Below are positions 38,387 to 52,692 of a stretch of 64,000 nucleotides of DNA, one piece after another. Position 1 is the stretch's first letter. Every line of letters starts with the position of its first letter. Origin of the DNA: Marsupella aquatica (taxonomy: Eukaryota > Plantae > Marchantiophyta); NCBI GenBank assembly GCA_973895155.1, contig OZ316891.1:25667899-25731898 (forward strand), in the 5' to 3' direction. Both the position numbers and the translations under genes were made by a program. The notes beneath the pieces were generated by a model. It was not told the DNA's origin, made no database searches, and saw only the letters and a list, made by a program, of their open reading frames with translations.

Positions 38387-39399
38387 TTTGCACTCTCTTG
38401 CCCTCCGACTTCCTTCACCTGCACAGAGTACCACACATTGTACCCTCACCTCGCTGGACCTAGGTGAGGACAGAACAAATTTACCTTCCGTGGGCGCCTG
38501 ACTCTGTGCCTGGCTTCTGGCAAGCCACACCCATCAAGGCCTGTTCTCTCCTAGAAGCTACAGGTAGCTTCATCTTTGATGGAAACTCGGTGTTTGCAAA
38601 TGTCTTGGTGACAGTGTGTCCTCACCAACGTACACCTAGGGTCTACCAAGCTTGATTATGGGTGCATAAAAATGCTGATATGTCATGTGGGTTGGATATA
38701 CTCTAGATGATTGGGTTTTGAGATTTGGGGCAATATGAGGACTCAAAGGGAGATATTGGAGGTTGAGATAGAATTCTATGCCCAAAAGAGATTATTTAAA
38801 ATGTGTTTTTTTTTACTTTAGGGGAATTCTCTGAAACCCCACAGAAAGGGAAGAGTCAGTCATAGTAATTAAACCCAAGACCTATCAGTCTTTACTCAAG
38901 TGAGCTACCACAAAGTCATGCCTCTCTAGGCATTTAAAATGTGTTTTGATCCCTTAATCCTTACCACACTCATATATTTTCATTAACACCTGTTGTCTAC
39001 TTTGTTGTTTTCCATGGACAACATGGACACAAATGCACCACTTGAGTCACAACAACTTCCATGCAACACCACTTCTACTCAACAAACATTTTCAGGAACT
39101 ATTTCCTTGGCAATTGTATTGTTTGACAATACCTAACAGTTTATCGACCGCAGGTATCTCCCCGAAAGGTTATAGGCCCACTGTAGGCCGGCCAATAAGC
39201 CCGGAGTAAAGGGCTTTACCATTTACGGTTTATGTTTTCTGGGCGACTTCAGCACCGGAGCACAAAACAAGAGTATTTTTGTGCTTGCTTCTTCTCCAGA
39301 TCCTGTTCATTGTTAAACTGCAATCTTTCCTTGAATCTTCCACAGCCACAACATTTTTCCTTGTACAACACTTTCTCTCAATTACTTACTTCATGCATT

Positions 39400-39750
39400 G
39401 CTTACTTTCTGCTTTTTCTCACTTTGACATCATTCTTTATCTCTTCTCAATATCTTTTGTTCTTATCAACATCTTTTTCTCACCTTGGTCACATCCTTTC
39501 TCCCCGCTTTTCTCACCTCTACATCATTTTTCTCTCCTCAACATCTTTTGCTCTCATCAAACCTTTTTTTCTCCTTAACATCTTTTCCGATGGCTGCACT
39601 TTCATTGCCCCACACCTATTTCTTTCAACATCTTTTCCGATGGCTGCACTTTCATTGCCCCACCCCTATTTCTTTCAACATCTTTTCCGATGGCTGCACT
39701 TTCATTGCCTCACCGCCCTAAGTCACTTTCATTGCCTCACCGCCCTAAGT
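39400..39750 (+). repeat. Helitron-associated tandem array in the opposite orientation, plus local duplications
   Basis: TCAACATCTTTT units (reverse complement of the 6.98-7.6 kb unit) and AACATCTTTTCCGATGGCTGCACTTTCATTGCC x3. Confidence 0.65.
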
Positions 39751-41303
39751 CATGCAAATCATTCGGGTATGATTGACTCAAAGATTAGGGTGTACCTTCA
39801 CGGCATCTCCTAGGATAGTAGAACTGTATTCAGCTAATATCGGACAATCTGGACAGCACAGTGCGGAAATCATATCCACCCTAATGCATTTTTTTCGAGT
39901 TTTAGTTTCGTGCCTTACATCAAGCTACAGAACGACAAATTCGGGACACAAACCTTCCGTACATGCACGCATAAGAAATCCACACTTCCAAGGCATAGAT
40001 CATTCTTGAGCCAGTCTTTTGAGAGAGCGTTAATTTCAGGACTCAGAAGACACTACAAAGCAGAAAACTCGCCTTTCGTCCAATGCAACACATCAGGCAT
40101 CCACTCCAAGATATTAGATAAGCTCTTCAGGTCTAATTCTTGAGATCCAATCAGCACAAGTGCACCCACACTTTGGAGAGGTTGAAAATAAACATTCCTG
40201 TTCCAGAATCCCAGGATAATCTCGTCGAAATTAAGGACATAAGATTGGGGTGACTACATGCTCTTCAGCATGTTGAACACCTCTCAACTTCACAAATACT
40301 TATTCTATATCCTCGTTCAAGACACGAGTGAAGTAGACGGCATATGTATTACTTTTGACGTCAACTATATGTATAGCTTCTCTTCGAGAGAACAAGTCCC
40401 GGGAGTTCAGTGAAATAATCAACCTATTTCACTCTTCAACACCAGGTGACAATCACACCACTCAGTAGACTCCATCGGAAGCCCCGGACAATTGCACCGT
40501 CGTATCCACCGACTAGTGTGCTCTGAAACATTGGAACTTGTGAAGCATGGAGCTCCCTTTCACGATCGCATCATTCTGTTCTCTCTGTGTTTCCCCTTGC
40601 TAGGGTCATTAGGGGCCCTGCCGGATAGCATTCAATGTGGCCAACACAACTCATCCAGTAGCTCAAGACCCAACCAGTAAATCGGGTGTGGATCAGTTCT
40701 AGGACATAATTGCTACAGTTCTCTACGCTAATTCATCTTTGTTACGAAGGGATGAGACAGATCTCCTGCTCACTCCATGCGGGCTCACATACCCTACTGA
40801 TGATAAGTTAGGGTATCTGTTGGTATGCCTTCTTCCCTTGTATCAACTGCAGATGCTTTGAACATTCTCGGTTTTCTTGACAATAACATGCAGCAGACCT
40901 TCACTAAAAACTTGATGAAGAATTTCGATAGACTTTGGGAACAACCCACTGGGCATTCATTGATGAGCCAATGGCTTTTGTTTTCGACTTCACCTCATGC
41001 TGTCTTGATTTACAACCCACAATGACAGAGGCAGCTGTCAGCTGCTTTCAAGGTTGTTCCCTGTACTGAGGTTCAACGTTGAGGAACCCAGTAGATCAGC
41101 TCCCACACCTCCTCCATATCGCTGCTGCTTGAACTTGCAGGGGTGGACGCCAACTCGAAAGTGCCTTGTGATCAAATCCAGAAAGGAGGTACGTTAAATT
41201 CGTCCCCCATTCCTCAGACGGCTATAAAGCCGAGCCCTATATTGTGGATGCTCATTTGAAACATCCACAATAACCATTCGATGGTAGATGATCTCCCTCT
41301 TAT

Positions 41304-43629
41304 TCAGGGCCTGTAAACCTCCCGAATTTGCAACGCAGGAACCCGCAGCAAAGGTGCAGGTGCAGGGGCGGGAGTCTCATCGGAAGCATCCAGCACTGTA
41401 CTTCCAAGGCGTGAGGGCGGCCAATACCGAATTACAGACCGGCCAAGAATATTCTTCATTGGCAGCGGTCCCCTGGTCCAAAAACAATCGCAGTTTAAAA
41501 TCAGTTGTCTTCGAAATATGACTTATCGAACACATACCAGACAATTGTGCTAATCAACACCCCAATAAGAAACCATGACCTCCAACTCAAAACAAGGGGG
41601 ATAAGAGAGTTACTCACCAGATATGAGAATCATAGCTGTTGTTTCGATTGTCACCCATGACGAAAACGCAACCCTCAGGCACATACTGCATTCAAACACC
41701 ACATCATTGATAAGACTCGTGCACAAGAGCGCCTGAATAATCACGTGGTAATAGGATTCAATCAACTCCTCCGATAGGAATTTCTTCCACTGGAACCCCA
41801 ATGGCACCTACGATTCCGGATCAGCTGCCAAAAAAATCATGCAAAGATTCGAAAAGGGCATACTGCAGCAGGGACTTACAGTTGCCTCCATGTCATATGC
41901 TGGGGCTTCAGCGATGAAGTCCTCATTCTTGACTTCTCCATTCACCGCAAGCTTACCATTATGTACCTGGCAGAGATTGCATATAAAATGTAAGTCACCT
42001 TGCAACGTGCACCACATGCACAATGGATCCTCATCCCCTCTGGCCCCGCCAACTAGCATAAGCACACCTCAACGTACTCTACACAAGGGCACCAAACCAA
42101 AGAAACGTAGCACATGGGAAGAGAGCACGCATTGACTAGCTAAATCCGGCAGTCATTCTTTTGACCCCACGCTTGGACGATGGAAGGAATATCTACCTCA
42201 ACTAGATCTCCAGCCTTAGCAACAATTCTCTTGATAAAGACCTCACCAGCGTTGTATCCTTTCTCCTGCACAGGCAGCCGAATAAGGTAAAATAAATGTC
42301 ACGAGATATCTTATTACATAGTGGATGCGGGAACAGAAAACTTGGTTCGATCACGACGTTATAAGGCAACTGACCTGAAGTAGAGGTGGGGCCTTAAAGA
42401 TCACGATGTCATTCACAGTTGGTTTCCTGAAGTAGTAAGATACCTGTGAGATAGGCATTCAGATGGAAGTCACAAGTGTAAGATATTAGGAATTTCACTC
42501 AGACAAAAGCAATGAATGTTGCCTGGAAGGCTCTTCACGCAAGTTGGCACTGAAGCCACAGAAAAAAGAACCGTGAGTGTCAACGAAGCAATAGATCAAT
42601 TTCCAACAAAACAACCCAAAAACCCACCGCAGATATCCAATTGGAGCTCAACAGTGCAAACCACTTCAATCACGAGTCCAAAAAGTCGGAAGGACTCACC
42701 TTCTCTGCTATGATTCGGTCTCCGACCTCAAATGTGGGAAACATAGACAGGGACGGAATAAACCTCGGCTCAGCAACAAACCATCTGAACAATACGGAAA
42801 CTGCAAACGCAGCAACGATAGTCTTCCCATCTTCCGAGGTGAGGTTGATCCAGTCTGGAAGCCAGCTCAAACTGTTACTTTCAGATTTCACAGACTCCCC
42901 CACTATGCTCTCATCCTTTTGATGAATGCCGTTGGAAAGCTCCACCTCATCACTATCTCCTCCTCCCCCACCGCCACCACCACCACCATCTCCCAGCGCC
43001 ACAGAAGAAGGCTCTTCCGTATTCGAGTGGCTTGCACTCGAGCTGTCGAGCGCACTTCGAACAAGCAGGCTTGCAAAGGGTGCAGTCATGTACTCGTTGC
43101 AAGGGAGCCATCTCATAGACGGGACAAGGGGAATTTGATAATAACCCTTCATCGAGCCTCCTTTACGAGATCGGGAAAAGGGCGCCGAATCGAAAAGAAA
43201 GCTCGAGGTAGCCCTCACAGCCTGCTTTTGGAAGGATGTGGGGATTCGCCGAATAGAAGCGAAGGACGGATTGCGCTCCGGCTTGCGCGAAACTGCAGCT
43301 GGAACTGCTCGCGATGTGGTAGAAGAACTCTTTGACAGGAACTCGGATCGTAAACCTCCCATGACAAACGATTCGGGTTTGGATAGACCCGCTTGTGCAT
43401 ATTTTTCTGGCCATTCCGCCCAAGGGGACGGATAGAAGGCTTTCGACTTCACATCACGACCACCCGAAGGAGGCCTGGTGTTCAGTCGTGAAGTTGCTCC
43501 GGCCCCAGGACTCCGGCCATTATCTATCCTGGAGCACGCAGAGAACTGAATACACTCCCTGACTCTCACTATTCCAGCGGCCGGAATGGCAGTAAATTGA
43601 GAGCAGGTGACAATGACCTTTGCAGCCAT
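41304..43629 (-). CDS. Thylakoidal processing peptidase / plastid type I signal peptidase (S26), 6 exons: 43629-42700, 42443-42375, 42265-42197, 41966-41880, 41685-41618, 41472-41304
   Basis: Transit-peptide-like N-terminus, [14 protein letters not shown] (catalytic Ser), VFIKRIVA (catalytic Lys), [21 protein letters not shown] and RSVIRYWPP. All introns are GT-AG and phase-compatible. Confidence 0.95.
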
Positions 43630-44405
43630 TCTGGCGACTGAGCGAAAAAAGCTGTGAATGTGTTGAATTACTCTCGTGAAGTAAAGAATAATCAGCACAA
43701 GATTCACAACAATCCTGCCATTTTGAAGACGTTGTAGACAACGTTTGAAGTAGCGAGAAATTGGGGCGTCGAACTGAACCGAAATGACCGTAGAACGCCT
43801 TCAAGTTACGCTTTACTCCTCAAAGTTGACTTCAGATCAGTGAAATTTGGTAACGAAAGCAGAGAGTGAGGAACGGCGCACGAATTACGGCACCGGACGG
43901 CAATAAGCCCTCAACCTCAAGACGAGAGGCTCCGGCAATGAATGGGACGAGAAAGAAATGGTAGCGAGAAGTGGGCAATGCACGCAAGACTCGCCAAAAA
44001 TTGGAAAGCGGTGAAAGCAGAGAGAAGGGCAAAAACGCAGGAATCCACAAAGATCCTGTTGGCTGTCCGACGCTCAGACAGAACTAAATTCTCCAAAACC
44101 TCCCTCGGAATGAGAGTTGATGAAAACGAAACACTGCCACGGCGACAACAGCAACGCACAGTCGTAGTAGTAGCAGCCAATCTCCCGACTCGACAACAAC
44201 CAGTTCCTCACTTGAATAACAATCCGGATCCCTAACTCTCGCTCTGCCAAAATCTCGAGCAGAAGCGAAACGCCAAAAAATCTTATTCCCAAATCTCTCC
44301 CCCTGTCAATATCTCCTTCAAAACAGAAATTTTTCCTCGGACAAATCCTGATCTCGCAGCGATTACTCAATATTCACCTCCTCCTCCAGCTGTTCCACTA
44401 CTCGC

Positions 44406-44438
44406 CAGTCAGTTAGTCAGTCAGTCAGTCAGTCAGTC
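44406..44438. repeat. (AGTC)n microsatellite
   Basis: About 8 CAGT units. Confidence 0.85.
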
Positions 44439-44516
44439 GGCCCCTCCACAAGTCGCACCGAAAAAATTCTTTCCAAGCACCCAAACTTAAACAGCCTACG
44501 AAACCTTGAGGCTCCA

Positions 44517-45213
44517 GTTTCTCGACCTAAACTCGCCTGCTACAAAGAACCGAACCGGTCGTCGAAAGGCCAGCTCTCTTCTCCACCACCCTCCGCGTCA
44601 ATCAATCCGTCCTCCAACCACCAAAACCAATACAAATCGTTTCTCGACCCACCCTCGCCTGGTACAATGAATCGAACCGGTCGTCAAACCTCCTTCTCCA
44701 CCACCCTCCGCGTCAATCAATCCGTCCTCCAGCTACAAAATCGATACTCAAGTCCAGAGACAACGAGAGAGATTGGATCGGCGGAACACGAGCTTCTCCT
44801 CCAACAATCGATGCGCGTGCGCTCTCCCTCCCCTTCCCTCCCCTCTCCGGGAGCGCCTCTCCTCCCCCTCCTCCTCTTCCTCCTCTGTCGAGTGGAAACA
44901 CGAAGAGTGAGCTCGAGCGGAGATAAGAAGGGAACGGAGGGAGGCGAGCGAGGGGAGGGGGGAGAGGAGGCGAGAGAGGAGCCTCGGTCCGAGGCAGAGA
45001 GGGAGGTCTGGCAAGGAACGGGGAACGAAGACCGGGCCCATTGCCGTTCGATCAGGGTGCGCTGTGTCCGCGTCAGCGGAGGGTCCAGATCTGGAGACGG
45101 GAGCCTCGGTCCGAGGCAGGGAGGGAGGTCTGGCAAGGAACGGGGAAGGAAGACCGGGCTCATTGCCGTTCGATCAGGTTCGCTGTCCGAGTCAGCGGAG
45201 GGTCCAGATCTGG
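44517..45213. repeat. Two GC-rich ~120-bp tandem duplications (44517/44639 and 44978/45100)
   Basis: CTTCTCCACCACCCTCCGCGTCAATCAATCCGTCCTCCA x2 and GGAGCCTCGGTCCGAGGCAG..CATTGCCGTTCGATCAGG..GGTCCAGATCTGG x2. Confidence 0.8.
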
Positions 45214-48200
45214 TCTCCACCCTTCTTGCGCGCCGGGACTGGACGAGGACTACACGAGCATTCTGGATATTGGGGTCCTGCGATCGTACTGTAATGAAGG
45301 TGTCTAGGTAATTGCATAGCAAAAAACGACAACCAGGTACGTAAAAAGAATGATTTAAATAAAATAATTGGGATTATTATAATACCGAGAGACATGATAC
45401 ATTATTTTGATATACAATTATCAATTTATCATGACGCGTAATGAAATACTAGTGTCCCTAACACAAGATATTGTTTCCTAAACTCCTCGTGTATTTTTTG
45501 TATTTCTTTCTCTGTATTTTTAGAGATGGTTATGCTTTAAATATTTAGAGTGGTTAGGGAAGTCACAAGTCAAAATGATCAAAGTGATTATATTTTAAGT
45601 GTTAAAAGTTACTAGGGGCCTCATAAGTCAAAGTGATCACAATTTCAGTGTTCAGAGCTACTAGGGGACCCACAAGTCAAGTGATCACGCTCTAGATGTT
45701 TAAAGATACTGGCTTCAATATCTAGAGGACCCAGCGGGATACCCGGACTCTCCATGACTATCCTTATTCACAAGTTAGCACAGTCTAGTATGAAAGAAAA
45801 TTTTACCAGAGAATTTATGTCCATGGCTTCACGCTATGGAGGAGGTCATGAATAGTAAGTTTAGATAGGAAAATATATACAGCTAAACCCTGGATGGGAT
45901 TGATTTAGAGTAAAACCAGATAGCAACGAAGTATAGTATAGGAAAACTGGATGGAATTGAAGGCTCACGCGTGATTCATGAAATTTTATACTCTATTTAA
46001 GATAGTATTGACTTTAAGTAAATTAATTTATCATTTTGATACCTCATCCCAGTTCTAAGGTTTGGATGAATATTTCATCTGGACTCATGATTTGATATAT
46101 TGTTTCCTCTCTATCACATGTTAGTCCTGGCCAAAGGTCAAGTGAGTATGTACCCTAGTTTGTTATTTTCGTTTACATTGGTTGACAAACACAATTTTTG
46201 ACACAGAGTTTGGATCATTGTTTTGAACTCCAATAGTATATTTCTAATAAATGCTTACACTTGTGTATTTCAATAGCTGCAAGGTTCATCGTAGTTGCAT
46301 AGTCAAACATTATTCCCAACAATCATCAAAGTTGTATGATGTTCACTCTTGTTAATTAACTTACTACCTTTACTCCTCCTTACATGGCCTTTAGCGTCAA
46401 CATTTAAGTTTCGTAATAAATTACCTTTGCTGTAAGAGAACAATATTTCATAGCTATCATAAGTAAATTCAGCTCTAGTGGGATAGGAGTAGTTTACTTG
46501 AAATTGATTTTCTGAAATTGATTTCTAAAAACTCTATCGTTTTCTTTCGTTTTTAATAAACTCAAAAGGACCCTTGGGAGTGGAATCATTCCTCGCCCTG
46601 GTCTTTTTACCTCTGGTGAGAAACACAAAATATTGGGTGGGATTACTGGCGAAATATTTGTGGTCTACACACGTGCGCTTTGGGCGTCGTACCAGAACTG
46701 TTCCGTCAATTTCTGGTGGTCTATGTGGTGTTGTACAAGAACCTTCTGATTGGGAGTTGGTTGAGGCTTCTTCAACACAATTCCTGGTATCGTTGTACAG
46801 TACCGCTCTTGGACGAATATAGAGTAGACTCGTAATTTGACTTGTTGTTTTTAAATTGTTTTTAATCGTCAGTGGAATGTTCTATTCTCTAGCTTTTGAC
46901 TTCTGTTCCACCAGATAACACGAAAAAGTATCAATTACAAAAAGCGTCAAACTAAGTACAATGGAGGAAAGGGAAAGAGGTCTGACAAATATGAACCTTA
47001 AGAGAAGAGGGCAAATTCCAAAAACCTAGAAAATTAAAACATTAAAATTAAAGATCTGAAGACACCTCAATAGTGTGTCCCACAGAAAACTCGTCTGTGG
47101 GACATTAACAATTTCTCTAACATATCTGGGGTTCCATCTAAGAGAGAGTAGCCTTGCATGGAAGGATCCTCCCATTGATAAAAATGCCAATAAAAGTTGA
47201 TTTTTTTCCACCGTAGCTCACTTTGATCATCTCATTATATCACCTGGAACATTTTGTTTAAGAAAGGTGAAGAATGTATGATTTGTAACTGGATTATCTA
47301 TTCTCAAGCTTGAAATATCTACCTGTCTCATAATATTCGATTAACATTGGTGCCCAGGGACCAGAAGAATATCCTGAAATTTGCTAGTGAATATCAGTTT
47401 CTTTGGAGCTCATGCACGTCATTCATTTCGAGTCAAGTCAAGAGAGGAGAATACACACAACCAGTCTTTCTCCACAGCTACATTCTTAGCAAAGATTCTA
47501 CTGCGGGCACTAAATTTTTCACAGAAGGAACCTGCAACGTATCCTCATGAGGTCTAACATCATATGGAAACAAGCATGTCGAGGTTTTAACTACACAATC
47601 TTGGAATGAAGTGAAGAAACAAACATCAAAGAATATAAGAGTTTCTCATGAGGCTGGATCTGTCCTAACTTCTTTGTGAGGCAATATGGCATGGGAAACC
47701 CACCCCTTGCACCCGGCTGTAAGACTAATGGTGAGAGAAACCATATTCATTTTGAGTACCTGGATCCCCAGTTCTTGAAAAGGTCTTGGCCCTGATTTCA
47801 TTTAGTTGGAATTCTGTTGGTGAATAACCTTTTTTCTTTAGGAGAAAAGAAGAGGACAACACTTCTTCTGTCATGTTGTAGAGTATTATACTAGTCCAAT
47901 GCCAATTTGTTGCACATTATCGTCTATGCTGAGTGATATCAAGCATATAAGAGATGGCCAGGCAAGTGGACCTGACAACTAGATTTGAAGGACTGAGTGA
48001 TCTGTTAGGGAGAGTGATGAGTGCCTAGAGGCACCTTTAAAACGCCAGTGTCCATGACAAAACCTAGATCCACTAGGTTTCACCATTTTTAGCATTTTTT
48101 TTCCTGAAGTCGTGGAGCAAAATTTCACCCTAGAGAAAAGAAATGTGAAAAAATGAGAAATCTTGAACACTTCTGCTTTTATATGGAAAGTGGTGGTTTG

Positions 48201-50480
48201 AGCCCATCTCATGGCCAGGACAATATGTCACTATGATCAAGTGGCCAAGGAGTCTCTCGCCAAAATGACATTTCAAAAAGAAACCATGAAAAAGAAATAG
48301 CACTTGTATATTGTAGTGTTTAGAGAGAATCAATTTCTCTCAGTTGGGTCTACGTAGGGGTAAGGTGAGTCAACGGTGAAATTGACCGATAGCCTCTGAC
48401 CATGAGTCCTCCCTCTCACCGACAATCACATACGCTTCACTTACTTTGGGTGATCAATGGTCAGTCATTAACCTGCAAGTCGCGTAAATTGTCTGTGGAA
48501 GATGGCTTCCAGTTTGTTGCTATAATCAAGTGTCCTAGTCTGCCAAGGGTTCTATCTAGAGAGAGGAGCCGTGGATGAGAGGATCTTCCCATAAAATAAA
48601 TGCCAATAAAGTTAAAAACAAGTGACATGACATCCTTCCTCAGCTGTGATTGGTGAACGGCAACAGAACTTCCAATGAGAATGGATCAAAAAGTACCGCT
48701 CAGAAAAGAGAGTTCAAAAGCACTTTTGAACGAAGGAATGACTTGTCGCGTCCACTCAGAGGCGTGGAGCAAAAGAAGGAGGAGCATTCCACTAACTATT
48801 AAAAAAAAAGCTGCCAATGAAAATGACCGAAATAAGGAGAAATGACATAATTATCTCCTCCACTAAGAAGGAAATGAGCAGGAAAGAGGGTACTTCGTCT
48901 CGAACCTTCCTGGTCAGGTGCAGCACAGGGGCACACAAGTAAACCTGCGTGCTGAGTCTACCCGGGGTTTTGCCCCATGCATGCACTTTCTAATTAACTT
49001 GGTAGAAAAGGTTGTGGCCCAGGGTTCAAAGGTGGCAGACATGTTGGGGCGTGTGTCTTTTGTTGATTTGGCTGTGAAAACGGGCCCGTTTACTATCAAG
49101 GGCCAAACGAAATACAAATTCGTACAAGCAAACCAGGTCTGGGGGCAGTGTGTATCCTGTTGACTTGGCTGGAGTAAAAGGGCCAAACAAAATACAAAGG
49201 AGTGCAAGCAAAAAGGGGCAAAGTGCGCAAATGCAAACTAGAAAGAAATAGGACTATAGATGTACCATTATAACATGTTCCCTTCATTTTTTGTCTTGTA
49301 ATAATCTGTAAATAACTATTTTATAGGATTAAGTGGGACTATAGCAAGTATTAACTTGAGTTTTGGACTTTAGTTAGTTTGACCTTACTAGGGTTAATTA
49401 ACCTTGGATTACATTATGATAAGATTCGCTTAGATTAAGCCCACACATCTTGGCCCCCTGGGGGTATAGGTTGGAGGGAGAGCATTCTCTCCCTTGTTCT
49501 TCATATATTCCCCATATCCCCTGAAGTGCCAATATAACTCTGAAGTGCCAATGTTCGGGTCCACCCAGCCTCATATGCTGCTAAAACTTATATTGGCACT
49601 TCAGAGTAGTCATGAGGTATATTTTGGCCTCTTTTTGTGTCTTAAACTTTAAAAGTTTTAAATTTATGGTTAATTTATCCTCCTCTTATAAGTATCCTTA
49701 TCTCACAGCCCTACTACTCAAGAAACATGTAACTTGGTATGCTAAATAATTCGGACCATCAATATATTGTCGCATCATCCTGGCACCCTTCTAAGACTCT
49801 CACAAGCACATCCATGTCTGTGATGGCTATGCAGAAAAATGCAATCATGGATTTTCTCATAGTGTTCATGTACTCGAGTGGAACCGCCTGGTCAGAACCT
49901 GTCTCATTAGAGAAATGGTTATAGTGGAAATGAGTGTAAGAAGAGCTAAACTTAGTCGGGAGTAAACAAGCAGTGTCAACGCTACACGTGACTATAGAGG
50001 TTTTTGTCAAATGTATATGGGATTATAGCTCACCCGGGTTCGTAATATATTCAAAAGCAAGTTGAATATTAAGTCTACTACATATTAAATCTGCTTCTTG
50101 ATGGTGGAACCCTAAACCCTAAACCCTCAAAAGAATGGTCCAGCAAGGAGTGCATTACAATTTATAATCTTTAGACAAAAGATGACATAATCTGGATGAT
50201 AACTCACAACCATGACTCCTCTGTTTGAAATCTATTTACTTACTTTTGGTCCCTCCTCACATGGCCCTTCAACACTTGACTAGATTTTGTTGTTGTTGGC
50301 ACTTATGAAAGGCACCTTTATTGATTTTGATACATTAAAATATTTGCTCATGTACAAACCTTAGTTATCAAGTAATAGTCACAGTAGTGAGCATTTGATT
50401 AGATTACAATAAGAGATTGATTGACCACTAATCGTGTGTACATATTTGTCAGCATAATAATTGCTCCATTTTATATGTGA

Positions 50481-50665
50481 CTAGCCTGATGCCCGTGCAT
50501 GACAGAAAGATGTCAAGGAGAAAAAACATGTCAAGGAGAGCAAATAGATGTTGAGGGAAGAAAGTTGAGGTGACCAAAAGATGTCAAGGAGAGACAAAAT
50601 TTAGAGGTGAGCAAAGATGTCAAGGAGAGAAAAGATGTTGAGGAGATGAAAGATTTTGAGGTGAC
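50481..50665 (-). mobile_element. Non-autonomous Helitron fragment (3' end)
   Basis: A|CTAGCCTGATGCCCGTGCAT followed by AAAGATGTCAAGGAG units. Confidence 0.65.
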
Positions 50666-51262
50666 TCGCATGGGATATCCCAAAATATACACTAAGTTAA
50701 CCCCTTGAGAGTTTCTGTCAATTTTTTATTGTCAAGAGCAGCAGATAAAATGGAAGATCGCACTCATGGACACAAAGCACATATTATTTGTGAGTTTAAA
50801 GAAGAGTTAAACAATATGGTTGGTAGTGTTGACCTCCTTTGTCAATGCACTACAAAAGCATATGCATCACTCAGTACATTGATCAATGAAGGCATTATTA
50901 GACAAGACGTAATCCAAAAAATGTTGAATATACTAAGCAAAGGTGAGATTTAAATGAACACTCCCCCAACACATTGGTATTCAAAATCACCAGAGTGAAA
51001 TAAGGTATAGAAAAAGCTTGTTGATCTAAGGCGGGGCTATTCATATGTGTGTAATTGCCTTTGCAAAACAACCTTGCAAAGTGGTTTTGAAGACATTCAA
51101 TGCGTACGTGAAGGGGAATAAACCTGTAAATTTGTGTAGAGTTGTGATTTCTCTAAAATAGTCATGTGAATTATTTTATGTTAGAATTAGGATGAGAAAG
51201 CAATTAAGGAGTAAGTGTTGTGAATTTATGTTCCAATCAGGAAAAATATCAATTATAGTAGA

Positions 51263-51402
51263 CTAGCCCAATGCATGTGCGTTGCACCAAAGATGTTGAG
51301 GTGAAAAAAGATGTCGAGGTGAAGAATAGATGTCGAGAATCTCGCCGGCTGAGGAGATTTTTTGTATTGGGACAAAGGCAGGATCCCTTATTATAGTTGT
51401 AG
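51263..51402 (-). mobile_element. Short, internally deleted Helitron
   Basis: 3' CTAG plus GTGCGTTGCAC hairpin at 51263-51287, and a 5' end GATCCCTTATTATAGTTGTAG identical to 4238-4258. Confidence 0.65.
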
Positions 51403-51778
51403 TCCAATACAAAAATTCTCCTAGGCAAGAAAGATCCATAGCCGTTGGATTTGATTAGTTGTTTTCCCTAAAACCCCAATTTAAGGAAAACCAAACTTTG
51501 GAAATTCCGAACATCACTAAATATTATTATTTTAATAAAAAGGGGGCGACATGACGCATGGCTGCGCGTGAAACCCTGAAAATGACTACAACATCACATT
51601 TAAACCACTCCAACTTGACAGGACCAAGAGACATGCTCACGCGAATAATAACAATAGAGAAATAAATCTCTGAGATCCTTTATATATGATAACCAGTATA
51701 TAAGAAGATTACAAATCGTTTCTAGAATGACAATACAAATTAATCTGATCTCATGCCAACTATTATTTTGGAAGCGTC

Positions 51779-52460
51779 CTAAATTGGGCGTCTGCTAAAT
51801 TGCTCTACTAGATATCTATCTCCATGCCTCTGAATCACATGGTCTTCCCATAGAATATGATTATAATCATAATCTCTAAAAATAAATTTAACTGACCAAT
51901 CAGGATAATCTCTTCCATTGGCAATGACAAGCGGCTCACAAGATTTTGCTAGCTTGCTAAGATACGGAATCAGCAAGTTAATCAGGAAACTGTAGTCGAT
52001 CGACCCAAAATATTTGGGCAAAAATAATGATCCAACAACAGGATCTAAACAAGCATGAAATGCATCGGATTCGATAAGCATTATATTTTGCTACAGATAC
52101 GCCTTCATATAAATTCCAACCTTCTCAAAACACTTCAAAAATATCCGCTTATTTGATGTCACCCCATCGCATAAGTACCAATGAGACTGATCCCAAATAT
52201 ACTTAAATGAGGCCATTTTCATCGCAGTAAAAATAGATGCTAAAATCTGATCTAAAAGGTTCTTCCCAAGAGAGGACAGATCCCTACATCGAAATTCTCA
52301 AAATAGAATCTCAAGAATTCGTGAAGATGAGGCCTTGGAAAAACGTATATATTCCCAATCCGAATTCCAGTTGAGACCACCATCAGTTGGGAATGCGGTG
52401 TAGTGCAACAGAGTAGATGCTCCACGTCTAAAACTATGAGCCCATTTTCTCTGCTGCAAT
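51779..52460 (-). pseudogene. FCP1/NIF-homology (HAD) domain, copy 3, degenerate
   Basis: LIVLDVEHLL...VFPRPHLHEFL..FENFDVGI...KYIWDQSH...IFLKCF...NIMLIESD, with a frameshift and stops. Confidence 0.7.
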
Positions 52461-52692
52461 GAATCTCCTGTAGAGAAACACAAGAAGATGCATGAGCCCA
52501 TATGGATGTAGTCATGCGAATGGTCGCGTCACATATTACAGAGACAACATCCTCTACACTCTGGCCATTGATAAGTGACGTCTGTTGAAGTGCTTGATAA
52601 GAACTTGATCCACATGTCTCTGCATGTACAGATGCTTCCATATATCCTCGTTCAGATCACTTATCAATGGCCAGAGTGTAGAGGATCACTTA

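Noticed and set aside
44667-45322. ~200-aa ORFs on both strands
   Set aside because: GC-rich, low-complexity duplicated sequence with no domain signature.
49521-49607. miR395/miR171 locus
   Set aside because: Only 8-10 nt of partial similarity to the mature sequences.
50108-50127. Interstitial telomere repeat (AAACCCT)n
   Set aside because: Fewer than 3 full units, which is a common telo-box-sized match.
50700-51110. Possible missing 3' end of the copia (PPT-like GGGGGAG|TGTT on the minus strand at ~50960), which would make the Ulp1 cassette a nested insertion
   Set aside because: Too degenerate to link to the 59372 breakpoint, and no TSD.
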